Source: Bacteroidota bacterium
GTDB taxonomy: Bacteria; Bacteroidota; Ignavibacteria; UBA10030; UBA8401
Length of the DNA: 63,032 nucleotides
NCBI GenBank assembly: GCA_019455105.1
Contig: JACFMZ010000003.1
Coordinates: forward strand, 4,895 to 67,926
Direction: 5' to 3'
The notes beneath the pieces are model-generated. The model made no database searches and was not told the DNA's origin. It was given only the letters and a program-made list of their open reading frames with translations. A program made the position numbers and the translations under genes. Positions within the stretch are counted from its first letter, which is position 1, and each line of letters begins with the position of its first letter. Shown here piece after piece: positions 53,854 through 63,032 of the stretch.

Positions 53854-53992
53854 AATTTTATTGCTATTTCCTCAATATTTTGTTCGTTTCTATCGCTTCA
53901 TTGCATGTTTCATCAAAGTCGTTGAACAATATTAACCAATTGATAAATATTCTCGCTGGACGGGCTGAGTGCTTCAGTAAAGTAAGGTCGGT

Positions 53993-54385
53993 TTACTTAT
54001 CGGGATCTTTACTGTTCTTCAACCAATCAACTCCAACGCTCTCCCAATTAGGAGTTGAAGATTCATCAACGTAGCGCTCCCATTGATAAATACCGGTCTC
54101 TTGCGCAATGCGTTTAAATTGCATTTTAATAACAGGGTTGGCAAGAATAACTACAGATCGTGTCATTCCGCGCTGTTTATAAAGTTTTTGTCCTTCCTGC
54201 ATAAACTGTTGAGATTCCGGCGAGAGAGGTTTTAAAGAACGCATATCAACAAAAATATGAAAAGTATTCGGCGCTGAAAGAAGAATCTTTTTACTATCTT
54301 CCACCCATTTTTGCATTTCTTTCGGTTCTATAAAATCTCGAAACGCTAATTTAAAACCGTAATCGGTTTTGTCTATTTTATACAT
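53993..54385 (-). CDS. small cytoplasmic protein, possibly STAS/SpoIIAA-like fold
   Basis: 130 aa. The pattern 'FHIFVDMRSLKPLSPESQQFM...RSVVILANPVIKMQFKRIA' resembles STAS-like modules. Tentative. Confidence 0.35.
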   Translation of the reverse strand: MYKIDKTDYGFKLAFRDFIEPKEMQKWVEDSKKILLSAPNTFHIFVDMRSLKPLSPESQQFMQEGQKLYKQRGMTRSVVILANPVIKMQFKRIAQETGIYQWERYVDESSTPNWESVGVDWLKNSKDPDK

Positions 54386-54420
54386 TGCGGCCTCCTTGTA
54401 TTGTATGAATATTGATGATG

Positions 54421-56121
54421 TTAGTTGAGTACTGCTACTTTTCTTTTACCGTTTTTTAAACCATCTATTTTTTCTTTTGTTGTTGAAAGCTGCCGCTCGT
54501 TACTTTGCGTTATTTTTTTATCCGTTTTTTGTTCGAATGTAAACCGGTTAACAACAGCTTTCAAACCGTCGGTTAATCTATTGAGCTGTTCTGCCGCGCC
54601 GGCAATCTGCTGAATCGTGCCCGCGCTTTGATGCGCCACCGTGCTGATGGCTTCAATATTTTTTGCTATATGATCTGCTGTTGATGCCTGCTCCTCGCTG
54701 GATGAAGCAATAGTGACAACCATTTCAGTGGTCTTCTGCGAAACATCAACAATTTCCGTTAATGCGTCTCCTGCTTTTTCAGCAAGAAATATTCCGTTCT
54801 CCACTTCCTTGGTGCCGCTGCTCATTGAGTGAACGGCATTGCACGTATCGTTTTGAATCGTCGTAATCATTGTGCTGATTTCTTTTGTTGCTTTCGTTGT
54901 CCGCTCGGCAAGTTTGCGCACTTCATCAGCCACTACGGCAAAACCGCGTCCGTGTTCGCCGGCGCGGGCGGCTTCAATAGCGGCATTCAGCGCCAGCAGA
55001 TTCGTTTGGTCGGCAATGTCATCAATAACAGAAATAATTTCGCCAATTTGATCGCTGGACGCTCCTAAAGTTTGCACCGTTGCCGTTGATTCATGCACAA
55101 CTTCCGCAATACGTTTCATTCCGGTAATAGTGTTGTTCACCGCCGTACCGCCGGATTCGGCAACCGATTTTGCTTTTTTGGCAATCTCGGCGGAAGATAA
55201 AGCGTTTTGAGAATTTTCCGAAATATTTTTTGCCATTTCATTTATTGCGCCGGCAATTTCTTCCGTCTGGCTGGTCTGCTCTTGAGCGCCTGCCGCCATT
55301 TGTTCCGCTGCTCCGGAAATTTCGTAGGTCGCAACGGTAACTTTTTCAGAAGATTCCTGCACCTGCTTAATCAGCGTGCGCAGCGAGTTCAGCATGGTTT
55401 GATAAGCGCGGGCAAGCACGCCGATTTCATCACCGGAATGGATTTTCTTTTCCAGCATCGGCGTCTGCACAAAACTTAAATCTCCGCTGGAAACCCGCTC
55501 CGACTGCATCGCAATTTCCAATACCGGCAGCACCACAATCCGGCGGACAATAAAACGAATAACGCTGACCACCGCACCGACTGAAGCAATACCAATCAGC
55601 AGTGTTATCCATCGAATTTTTGCTTTCTGCGCCGCTACGCCGTTCAGCGAACCGGAAACGCCGAAGACCGCAACTAAATCTCCTTCTTTCTTATCCGAAA
55701 AAATATCTATCCCCGATTCGTTATGGCAGGAGGAACAGGAGGATTGAATTCTTGCCGGAACAAAAACCGCAAGCAGCTCGGAACTATCTGCTGCAATTTT
55801 TACATCAAGCATATTACGTTTCACATCAGCAGAAAATGTTTTGAACGACTGCGCTTCCGCTTGTTCCAATGCTGAAATGCCCGCCGCCTGTCCGCCGAGA
55901 AACCGGTGAAACGTCCATCCTTTTTCAACAGCATACTCTTCGGCAGCACTGTGCGTCATTGCCGTTGAGGTATGCGCCAGCGTTGCCAGCTGTTCACGAA
56001 AACCCTGCTCGGCTTGCGATGCCTGTTCACCGGCAGAGTAAAACCCCCACAGCAGAAAAACGGCGGCAACAATTATTGCGGGAATTAAAAAGAGCTTTTG
56101 CTGAACCGAAAGTGATTTCAT
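54421..56121 (-). CDS. methyl-accepting chemotaxis protein with a periplasmic CXXCH (heme-c) motif
   Basis: Two TM segments flank a roughly 140-aa periplasmic domain containing 'CSSCH' (55723-55737). HAMP domain. MCP core '[38 protein letters not shown]'. Confidence 0.92.
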   Translation of the reverse strand: MKSLSVQQKLFLIPAIIVAAVFLLWGFYSAGEQASQAEQGFREQLATLAHTSTAMTHSAAEEYAVEKGWTFHRFLGGQAAGISALEQAEAQSFKTFSADVKRNMLDVKIAADSSELLAVFVPARIQSSCSSCHNESGIDIFSDKKEGDLVAVFGVSGSLNGVAAQKAKIRWITLLIGIASVGAVVSVIRFIVRRIVVLPVLEIAMQSERVSSGDLSFVQTPMLEKKIHSGDEIGVLARAYQTMLNSLRTLIKQVQESSEKVTVATYEISGAAEQMAAGAQEQTSQTEEIAGAINEMAKNISENSQNALSSAEIAKKAKSVAESGGTAVNNTITGMKRIAEVVHESTATVQTLGASSDQIGEIISVIDDIADQTNLLALNAAIEAARAGEHGRGFAVVADEVRKLAERTTKATKEISTMITTIQNDTCNAVHSMSSGTKEVENGIFLAEKAGDALTEIVDVSQKTTEMVVTIASSSEEQASTADHIAKNIEAISTVAHQSAGTIQQIAGAAEQLNRLTDGLKAVVNRFTFEQKTDKKITQSNERQLSTTKEKIDGLKNGKRKVAVLN

Positions 56122-56148
56122 ACATTCCTCAAAATATTTTTTTCATCA

Positions 56149-57795
56149 TTATTCTTTCTGATCAACTAATCTGCCGACCGCGTCAACAGCTTTTTTGGAT
56201 TTTTGATTTTGCAGCCGCGCCGCAGCAGCTTTTTCCGAAGAATATTTTTCGTCGGTCTGTAAATTAAACTTTGCCAGAAGTTCTTGTAATACCGAAGCCG
56301 AGCGATTTAAATCTTCCGCGGTCCGGGCAATCTGCTGAGTGCCGCTGGCGGCTTCCTGTGTTACGGCGCTGATGGCTTCAACATTTTTACTGATTTGCTC
56401 CGCCGCGTGAGACTGCTCTTCGCTCGCCGCCGCAATTTGCACAATCATCTCGGTAACTTTCTGCGAAACAGAAACAATTTCCTTTAAAGATTTTCCCGCT
56501 TCATCGGCAAGAAGAATTCCTTCGTCCACCTGCTGAATTCCCTTCTGCATCGAATCCACAGCACCGTGCGTATCCGTCTGAATTTTTTTAATCATTCCGG
56601 CAATTTCTTTTGTTGCTTTCGTTGTCCGTTCGGCAAGTTTGCGCACTTCATCCGCCACCACGGCAAAGCCTCTTCCCTGCTCGCCGGCGCGCGCCGCTTC
56701 AATGGCTGCATTTAAAGCAAGAAGATTCGTCTGGTCGGCAATATCATTAATCACGCCGATTATTTCGCCGATTTGTTTGCTCGATCTGCCGAGTTCTTGA
56801 ACTGTTTCCGCCGAAGATTTTACCACTTCAGCAATTCTTTTCATTCCGTGAACGGTTTCATACACAACGGCGCCGCCGGTTTCCGCTGCTTCTTTTGCTT
56901 TTTTTGCCGTCGAAGCCGTATCGCCGGAATTTTTTGAATTGCGCAAAATTGTTTCGGTCATTGATTCTACGGCATGAGCCACTTCGGAAGTCTGTGCGGT
57001 TTGTTCGTGCGCCGCCGCTGCCATCTGTTCTGTGGCGCTGCTGATTTCTTCGCTGGCTTTTATCACGGCGCCGGAAGAAGCGGAAACTTGTTCCAGCGTT
57101 TCCCGAATCTGTCTGACGAATCCGTCGAACGCCCGCTGCAGCTCGCCGACTTCATCTGCCGTTCTGCTGCTGAATGAAGAATTCAAATCAGCATTTCGAA
57201 TTGCCTGTATCACATCAGCAATCGGCTGAATGGTAGATTTCTTGATAATAATTTTTAAAACCACCAGACCGGAAGCGAGAAGAATAATTGTTAACCCAAC
57301 CGACCAGCCGATGGCGCTGTTTCTATGCGCATAGAGTTCGCTGCGCGAAACGGCAACCGAAACAAAACCGGCCGCCTCGCTTCCCGAAGAACGCATATAG
57401 ACGGGAGACATAAAAATTTCAACCGGGTCCCCCTGCGCGGTTTCTGCGGAAAAGGATTTGCCGGAAGTTATTTTTGCAATGGTATCAAGCGTGCTGTTTT
57501 GTATCGGCGTTCCTTTTCCGTACAAACGTTTCCCGTTATTATCATAAAAAGTAACATTGCAAACGTCGGGATCTTCGTTTGCTAATTCTGCGGACTTGGC
57601 AATTAACGAAGTATCCTGCATCAGCACGCCGATCTTTCCCGCCGACGCAAGATTGGCGGCAAGACCAATTCCATTTTTATCAAACTGCTCCAGCGCTACC
57701 CCGCCGATGAAGAGAACATACAATACGCTGAGCGTTACCGTAAGCAAGAGGGCAAGCACGGCAACCGGTGTAAGAATTTTTCCTTCAAGCTTCAT
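56149..57795 (-). CDS. methyl-accepting chemotaxis protein (periplasmic sensor of unknown type)
   Basis: TM segment, roughly 150-aa periplasmic domain, TM segment, HAMP domain, then MCP core '[38 protein letters not shown]'. Confidence 0.92.
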   Translation of the reverse strand: MKLEGKILTPVAVLALLLTVTLSVLYVLFIGGVALEQFDKNGIGLAANLASAGKIGVLMQDTSLIAKSAELANEDPDVCNVTFYDNNGKRLYGKGTPIQNSTLDTIAKITSGKSFSAETAQGDPVEIFMSPVYMRSSGSEAAGFVSVAVSRSELYAHRNSAIGWSVGLTIILLASGLVVLKIIIKKSTIQPIADVIQAIRNADLNSSFSSRTADEVGELQRAFDGFVRQIRETLEQVSASSGAVIKASEEISSATEQMAAAAHEQTAQTSEVAHAVESMTETILRNSKNSGDTASTAKKAKEAAETGGAVVYETVHGMKRIAEVVKSSAETVQELGRSSKQIGEIIGVINDIADQTNLLALNAAIEAARAGEQGRGFAVVADEVRKLAERTTKATKEIAGMIKKIQTDTHGAVDSMQKGIQQVDEGILLADEAGKSLKEIVSVSQKVTEMIVQIAAASEEQSHAAEQISKNVEAISAVTQEAASGTQQIARTAEDLNRSASVLQELLAKFNLQTDEKYSSEKAAAARLQNQKSKKAVDAVGRLVDQKE

Positions 57796-57803
57796 ACTTC
57801 CTC

Positions 57804-58355
57804 CTATTTCACAACGTAATCAATGGATGGATTTTCTTCTTTTGGAATTGCCGCGCCGACAAAAGCGGAGATACGCTGATTAACATACGCTTTAATCTTT
57901 CCTTCTTCTTTTGTAATAAAACAGAAGGCGCCCTGCGAAAGATAACTCACATCCGGCACGCACAAGCCGATTTTATCGACAACCGTATTTTCTTTAAGAA
58001 AATCAAATCCGAAGCGAAGCATCATATCATCATCCGCAGAAGGAATGAGAATAATTTGCGCTTTCTTTTCGGAAACTAATTTTTTATAAAATTGCGCAAT
58101 ATCCTGCGGCTTTGTTATCTGCGCAACAAATAACTTCAATCCCTGCTGTGTTGCCGTGCGGGTGATATTGGCTATTTCTTTTTCATTCAGCGTGCTGGAC
58201 ATAACACCCAGCACCTGAAGATCGCTTTTCAGCGATTTTAAAACCGCTACCTGCTGGCCGAAACTGACGGCAGGCTGTGCAACTAAAACATCAGGAAGGC
58301 TTCCAACAAGGATAAGTATGAGGCTTACCAAAAGCAGCATTGAATTCCGTTTCAT
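57804..58355 (-). CDS. small periplasmic protein, single-lobe ABC_sub_bind/YfiR-like (tentative)
   Basis: Signal peptide. An alternating beta-alpha pattern ('LQVLGVMSS...GLKLFVAQI...[11 protein letters not shown]...IGLCVP') resembles one lobe of a periplasmic binding fold. 8-nt gap to the MCP start. Confidence 0.4.
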   Translation of the reverse strand: MKRNSMLLLVSLILILVGSLPDVLVAQPAVSFGQQVAVLKSLKSDLQVLGVMSSTLNEKEIANITRTATQQGLKLFVAQITKPQDIAQFYKKLVSEKKAQIILIPSADDDMMLRFGFDFLKENTVVDKIGLCVPDVSYLSQGAFCFITKEEGKIKAYVNQRISAFVGAAIPKEENPSIDYVVK

Positions 58356-58418
58356 CGTTCACTCCTTTTTAATATTTTGTTACGTTAGTTTATTGCCCTC
58401 ACCGAAACGCTGCATTCC

Positions 58419-59453
58419 CTAAAATCGTGTTTGAATTTCAAAAATTAATTTATCAGGATTTACGGCTCCGCCGGCATAATTAAATTTTTCGTAGTTTACT
58501 CGAAACTGAGCAAACGATAGCTTTGCAAATTCCAAAGAAACACCGGCAGTTATGCGGCTGACTTCATCCAGCGTAACGGCCGTATTCGCATCATATTGTT
58601 CATACCGCACCGCAGGAATAACGCTTTGAATTTCGCTTCCTTCAAAAACAAACGCATAGAGAACGTAAACAAAATACGCGGAAGAGGTTATTGTTCCTGC
58701 CGGAAGCGCTGAGGCGCGCATAGCAAATTCTCCGTCAACAAAAAAATTATCGCATGCCCAGTCAAAACCGAAATCGTAAATTGATACATCGGTCGTTCCG
58801 TTTTTCCCGCCGTAATAGTTTGCCGAAACATTGGCTCCTTTCACCGGCGAAACGGACAGTCTGCCGGCATACGTTGCGCTGCGATCGTCTTCAAGTTTAT
58901 TTTGCCCCGTTCCGTTAAAGATTCCTGCAGTGAATTCGGACGGCACGTTCCCGTTTCCTTTGTAAGAAAGCGAGAATCCGACATCACGCAGTGCCGGCGC
59001 AACGGAGGTTAAGAGCGGACGATTGACAAAATCAAGACTTGCGCCGCCGCGTAAATTATCGGTACTGAACGGAACTTTGAATTGACCAAGCGAGAACGAA
59101 ATATTTTCAACGGGAGTGATTGTGCTGTACGCATCCAGCAGAATCTGCGGATACACAGAAGAAGCGGAGGTGAGAATTTTTTTTCCTGAAAGCGTATCCG
59201 ATGAGGCTGCAAATTTTCCGAGCGGCGCCGCATCAACCAAAAATTTATACGAAGCAAATTGATTAACATTACCTGCAACGCCGACTCTCGCCATTTTTAC
59301 CAAAAACTGCGATTGATGTGTTGAAAAATCCGACTGCTGCCATGTGCGAATGTAGCCGGAAAATTTCGGCGTGGTATTCACTGTTTTTTCCTGCGCGCCG
59401 GCAAAACAAATAGTGAGCGCTGTAAGAAGGAATACCGATTTCCATTTTTTCAT
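58419..59453 (-). CDS. outer-membrane beta-barrel porin-like protein
   Basis: Signal peptide. Alternating amphipathic strands rich in Gly/Tyr/Phe. C-terminal '...IFEIQTRF' with a terminal Phe. Confidence 0.6.
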   Translation of the reverse strand: MKKWKSVFLLTALTICFAGAQEKTVNTTPKFSGYIRTWQQSDFSTHQSQFLVKMARVGVAGNVNQFASYKFLVDAAPLGKFAASSDTLSGKKILTSASSVYPQILLDAYSTITPVENISFSLGQFKVPFSTDNLRGGASLDFVNRPLLTSVAPALRDVGFSLSYKGNGNVPSEFTAGIFNGTGQNKLEDDRSATYAGRLSVSPVKGANVSANYYGGKNGTTDVSIYDFGFDWACDNFFVDGEFAMRASALPAGTITSSAYFVYVLYAFVFEGSEIQSVIPAVRYEQYDANTAVTLDEVSRITAGVSLEFAKLSFAQFRVNYEKFNYAGGAVNPDKLIFEIQTRF

Positions 59454-59509
59454 ATATTTTTCTTTTCCATTTTAAAATTGTGTATGATAATTCTTTCTGA
59501 TGATTTTTT

Positions 59510-61252
59510 TTAATTGGTTTCATATTGAATTTCAGGCTGAGAAGAATATGCTTTGACTCCATTCTTTTCAGCGGTTGCCGTTCGATGAACCGGTTTTGCC
59601 GTTCGCGCTTCGCCGTTCAGTTGAAACTGCGCCAAGAGTTGCTGCAATCCTTCCGTAAGTCTATTTAAATCTTCCGCAGAGCGGGCAATCTGCTGAGTGC
59701 CGCTCGCGCTTTCCTGCGTTACAACGCTGATTCCTTCAACATGTTTGCTGATTTCTTCCGAAGCGCTTGCCTGCTGCGCGCTTGCCGCCGCCACGCTTTC
59801 AATCATTCCGGCAACAGTTAGGGAATTGCTGACGATATTTTCCAGCATTGTTCCGGCTTTCCCCGCCAGCGTAATACCGGCTTCTACTTCCTCTGTTCCT
59901 TTTTCCATTGAAGAAACCGCCTGGGTTGTATCAGTTTGAATCTGCCGGATCATTGAAGCAATTTCTTTTGTCGCTTTGGAAGTCCGCTCCGCTAATTTTC
60001 TTACTTCATCGGCAACAACGGCAAACCCGCGTCCCTGGTCGCCGGCACGCGCCGCTTCTATGGCGGCATTTAACGCCAGCAGATTTGTCTGGTCGGCAAT
60101 TTCATCAATCACATCAATAATTTCTCCGATTTGCTTGCTCGATTCGCCGAGAATTTTTACCTGTGAAGCGGATTGATTGACGACATCGGAAATACTTTTC
60201 ATGCGGCTCACTGTCTGGGTAACAATTTCTCCCCCTTTCAGCGCGGCTTCTTTTGCTTCATGAGCGCCGCTTTCTACATTTCGAATGTTGTCTAACGTTG
60301 CGGTCAGCGTTTTCGTCATTTCTTCAATGGCGGCGGCAACTTCACCTGCCTGCGAACTTTGTTCATGCGCGCCGGCGGCAAGTTCTTCAGTCGAAGAACT
60401 GATTTCCGTGCTGGCGCTCGCTACCGCTGCAGAAGTTTCGGTAACCTGCAGCAGCGCATTTTTAATCTGATCAACAAAACTGTTGAACGCTCTCTGCAAA
60501 TCTCCAATCTCATCGAACCGGTTGGAATGAAACCGGAAATTCAAATCGGCATTCAGCATTTTTACCGCTACTTCTTTTACCGGATTTGCCACCGCGCGGA
60601 TAACCAGAAAACCGATAATTCCTGTTCCCCAAAAAGCAATAAAAGAAATAATCCACATATTGCGCGAAGCTTCATCGCGCGATGTTTCGGCGCTGAGAAA
60701 TTCCTGTTGGGAAACTTCTTCAACCGCTTCGGTTAATTGATCAATAACATCACGCGCTTTTTCAAAAGAAGCGTTCGCTTCACCGAAGGATAATTCTACC
60801 GCCCGCTCTCTGTTCCTCCCCGATTCGAGCAGTGCGGTTATTTCCGTTGATTTTTCTTTCCACTCCTGATACGACGCATCATACAAAGGAAGAAGCGTTT
60901 TTTCTTTTTCTACTTTGGGAAGCGCTTTATATTTTTCCCACCGCTCAAACGCCTGGCGGATATTATCGTTTTGATCTTTTTTGAGATCATTAAATTTTTT
61001 TGTTCCCGGCTGAGCAAAAAATAATGACCGTTCCGCAACCAGCGCCTGCTGCATATCCCTGTCGATTTGCAGAATAAGATCCGTTCCGGGTAAGCGGACA
61101 TTCGTTATCTGTTCGGTGTTTTTATAAATTGAACCGATATCGTTATTTAATATTGTTGCGACCGAAGTAATGCCGATTAACGCAACCAGAATAAGAATTG
61201 TTATTTTTATACTTAACTTTAAATTGTTAAACCACGCCACCGCTGCCTCCAT
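59510..61252 (-). CDS. methyl-accepting chemotaxis protein (4-helix-bundle-type periplasmic sensor)
   Basis: Start set at ATG 61252 ([16 protein letters not shown] + TM); the tracked extension runs into the repeat region. HAMP domain and MCP core '[38 protein letters not shown]'. Confidence 0.9.
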   Translation of the reverse strand: MEAAVAWFNNLKLSIKITILILVALIGITSVATILNNDIGSIYKNTEQITNVRLPGTDLILQIDRDMQQALVAERSLFFAQPGTKKFNDLKKDQNDNIRQAFERWEKYKALPKVEKEKTLLPLYDASYQEWKEKSTEITALLESGRNRERAVELSFGEANASFEKARDVIDQLTEAVEEVSQQEFLSAETSRDEASRNMWIISFIAFWGTGIIGFLVIRAVANPVKEVAVKMLNADLNFRFHSNRFDEIGDLQRAFNSFVDQIKNALLQVTETSAAVASASTEISSSTEELAAGAHEQSSQAGEVAAAIEEMTKTLTATLDNIRNVESGAHEAKEAALKGGEIVTQTVSRMKSISDVVNQSASQVKILGESSKQIGEIIDVIDEIADQTNLLALNAAIEAARAGDQGRGFAVVADEVRKLAERTSKATKEIASMIRQIQTDTTQAVSSMEKGTEEVEAGITLAGKAGTMLENIVSNSLTVAGMIESVAAASAQQASASEEISKHVEGISVVTQESASGTQQIARSAEDLNRLTEGLQQLLAQFQLNGEARTAKPVHRTATAEKNGVKAYSSQPEIQYETN

Positions 61253-61411
61253 TTTTTTGAATATTAATGTATTGTTACTGTGTTGATATTTTTTTGCGCG
61301 CAAAAGAATTTCACAACTCTTCTGCGCAATGGAAAACATAAAGCATATCGAATACTTTGTCATTCCGAATGAAGCCACAAAGTGGCGAGTGAGGAATCTC
61401 ACTCTCGATTA

Positions 61412-61642
61412 CTTTGTCATTCCGTCTACGACTCGTAGAGAGAGCAGCGCGACGAGGAATCTCATTCTCGAATGCTTTGTCATTCCGAGTGTAGCCCGGA
61501 GTGGCAAGCGAGGAATCTCACTCACGAATGCTTTGTCATTCCGAGTGTAGCCCGGAGGGGCAAGCGAGGAATCTCATTCCCGAATATTCATCACTCTTTA
61601 GATTCCTCTCCGGCAAAAAGCGCCGGATTCGGAATGACAGTG
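61412..61642. repeat. copy A of a 231/232-bp direct duplication
   Basis: 61412-61438 equals 61677-61703, and 61445-61642 equals 61711-61908 (198 bp identical). The copies differ only in a 6 vs 7-nt patch. Confidence 0.9.
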
Positions 61643-61676
61643 AATAACCAGTAGCAAAATATTTCACTCTCGAGCC

Positions 61677-61908
61677 CTTTGTCATTCCGTCTACGACTCG
61701 TAGAAAGGAGCAGCGCGACGAGGAATCTCATTCTCGAATGCTTTGTCATTCCGAGTGTAGCCCGGAGTGGCAAGCGAGGAATCTCACTCACGAATGCTTT
61801 GTCATTCCGAGTGTAGCCCGGAGGGGCAAGCGAGGAATCTCATTCCCGAATATTCATCACTCTTTAGATTCCTCTCCGGCAAAAAGCGCCGGATTCGGAA
61901 TGACAGTG
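61677..61908. repeat. copy B of the 231/232-bp direct duplication
   Basis: See copy A. The copies are separated by a 34-bp spacer (61643-61676). Confidence 0.9.
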
Positions 61909-61919
61909 TTTATTTTCTC

Positions 61920-63032
61920 TTAGTAATTTTCCACCAGATGCCCGTTCTCACTCACCGCCTTGCGGGATTTCGGCGCAAAGCTCTTCTGAGTTTTCTTCAC
62001 CGGCTGTGAACCTTTATATTCAGCTCCCCCAAGATTGAACTTCGATAACAATTCCTGCAAGTTCACCGTCAATCGGTTTAAGTCTTCCGCCGTGTGAGCT
62101 ATCTGCTGCGTCCCGCTGGCGCTCTGCTGCGTTACCGTTGAAATAGCTTCCACGTTCTTGCTGATCTGCTCTGCCGCGCTCGACTGCTGCTCGCTTGCCG
62201 CCGCTATCTGCATTACCATATCAGTCAACTGCTGGCTCACTCCCACAATCTCCCGCAGCGAGTCTCCTGCCTTATCCGCAAGCGCTATGCCGTCATTCAC
62301 CTTCTGCGTCCCTTCATTCATCGACTGCACCGCGCCTTTGGTATCTTCCTGTATCTGCTTTATCATTGATGCTATCTCTTTGGTTGCTTTCGTCGTCCGC
62401 TCGGCAAGCTTTCTCACTTCATCGGCAACAACGGCAAAGCCTCTTCCCTGCTCTCCGGCTCGCGCCGCTTCTATTGCCGCATTTAAGGCAAGAAGGTTCG
62501 TCTGGTCGGCTATATCATCAATCACGCTGATAATCTCTCCGATCTGATCGCTTGAGGTGCCGAGCGCTTTTACTGTCTCAGCAGATTTGTTTACTACTTT
62601 TGCTATATCATTCATTCCCTGAACCGTCTCTTTTACAATATTCCCGCCGGCTTCTGCCGCTTCTTTGGCTTTCTTTGCCGTGCCGGCTGTATCATTAGCG
62701 TTCTTGGAATTTTCACTGATGGTTTTGGTCATCTCTTCTACCGCCGTGGCAACTTCTCCTGCCTGTGAGCTTTGTTCCTGCGCACCGGCTGCCATCTGCT
62801 CGGTTGAAGAACTAATCTCTGTGCTGGCGCTCGCTAAGGCGCTGGAGGCTTCGGAAACTTGAAGCAGAGTCTCTTTTATGGATACAACAAACTTATCGAA
62901 CGAGCGCTGCAGATCTCCTATCTCGTCTTTGCGCGCGCTGTTGAACTGCGAGTTTAAGTCCGCATTCTCAATGTTGTTGACGACTTCCTTCACCGGATTG
63001 GCTATGACGCGTGAAATAAAATAACCGAGTCC
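61920..63032 (-). CDS. methyl-accepting chemotaxis protein, C-terminal part (5' end outside window)
   Basis: The frame stays open upstream of the tracked GTG to the window edge (HAMP-like '...[20 protein letters not shown]'). MCP core '[38 protein letters not shown]'. Confidence 0.9.
   Translation of the reverse strand, partial: GLGYFISRVIANPVKEVVNNIENADLNSQFNSARKDEIGDLQRSFDKFVVSIKETLLQVSEASSALASASTEISSSTEQMAAGAQEQSSQAGEVATAVEEMTKTISENSKNANDTAGTAKKAKEAAEAGGNIVKETVQGMNDIAKVVNKSAETVKALGTSSDQIGEIISVIDDIADQTNLLALNAAIEAARAGEQGRGFAVVADEVRKLAERTTKATKEIASMIKQIQEDTKGAVQSMNEGTQKVNDGIALADKAGDSLREIVGVSQQLTDMVMQIAAASEQQSSAAEQISKNVEAISTVTQQSASGTQQIAHTAEDLNRLTVNLQELLSKFNLGGAEYKGSQPVKKTQKSFAPKSRKAVSENGHLVENY

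Larger units (their letters stand above)
61355..61908. repeat. array of about 9 short intergenic repeat units (CTTTGTCATTCCG - variable hairpin - GAGGAATCTCA), MITE/REP-like
   Basis: Read directly from the sequence. There are seven forward units and two inverted units. The variable cores are small hairpins, e.g. GCCAC-AAA-GTGGC, CTACG-ACT-CGTAG and CCGGC-GCTTTTT-GCCGG. Confidence 0.85.

Noticed and set aside
61355-61908. The repeat array as a CRISPR locus.
   Set aside because: The variable cores are only about 20-25 nt, are themselves palindromic, and are duplicated. Some units are inverted. No cas genes or leader are present. The structure fits REP/MITE-like elements rather than CRISPR.
61329-61923. 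Four tracked ORFs across the repeat array: 61329-61550, 61472-61654, 61591-61791 and 61738-61923. Two of them have identical 57-aa N-terminal regions.
   Set aside because: They are translations of the tandem repeat units ('FVIPS...ARNL...'). Their identity simply reflects the 231-bp DNA duplication. They have no RBS and no coding-like composition.
54425-62862. Many 60-130-aa antisense ORFs inside the four MCP genes (e.g. 55869-56267, 60359-60736, 62158-62547).
   Set aside because: Ala/Glu/Gln-rich MCP coiled-coil coding sequence lacks stop codons on the opposite strand. These ORFs overlap well-supported MCP genes and have no independent signals.
1-63032. Looked for rRNA, tRNA, integrase/transposase, phage, toxin-antitoxin or defence-system genes that would mark an accessory island.
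   Set aside because: I recognised none. All large ORFs are accounted for by housekeeping, flagellar, chemotaxis or envelope functions. The only mobile-element-like signal is the short repeat array.

Overview
This 63-kb window comes from a flagellated diderm bacterium. The gene order and the intergenic repeat style suggest a non-proteobacterial, possibly FCB/Ignavibacteria-like lineage, but I cannot verify that without a database. All calls come from reading the six-frame translations for family motifs and reading the DNA directly. No homology search was run.

Layout:
- (1) 1-8.0 kb holds housekeeping and SOS genes: ispE fragment, TonB-dependent receptor, polysaccharide deacetylase, TPR protein, dxr, and lexA plus an SRAP peptidase.
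- (2) 8.2-46.1 kb is one almost gap-free minus-strand flagellar supercluster of about 48 genes. The order is flgBC-fliEFGHIJ-fliK-flgDE | fliLMNOPQR-flhBAFG-fliA-[HDOD, GAF kinase, AMIN-like membrane protein]-flgFGAHIJ-flgNKL-stator pair 2-fliW-csrA-motAB-REC/HD-GYP. It is headed by a perfect sigma-54 -24/-12 promoter. Several short uncharacterised ORFs sit at conserved junctions.
- (3) 46.2-53.8 kb is a chemotaxis operon with cheR, two CheY-like REC proteins, a CheZ-like phosphatase, cheA and cheB. At its head is a REC + HEAT-repeat pair. There is no stand-alone cheW.
- (4) 54-63 kb holds four paralogous MCP genes. One has a periplasmic CXXCH heme-c motif. One is chained to a porin and a half-size periplasmic-binding-like protein. 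There is also a roughly 550-bp array of 'GTCATTCCG...GAGGAATCTC' repeats containing a near-perfect 231-bp tandem duplication.

I recognised no rRNA, tRNA, CRISPR, transposase or phage genes. The most unusual content is the signalling and accessory genes embedded in the flagellar and chemotaxis clusters, the apparent sigma-54 wiring, and the repeat array.
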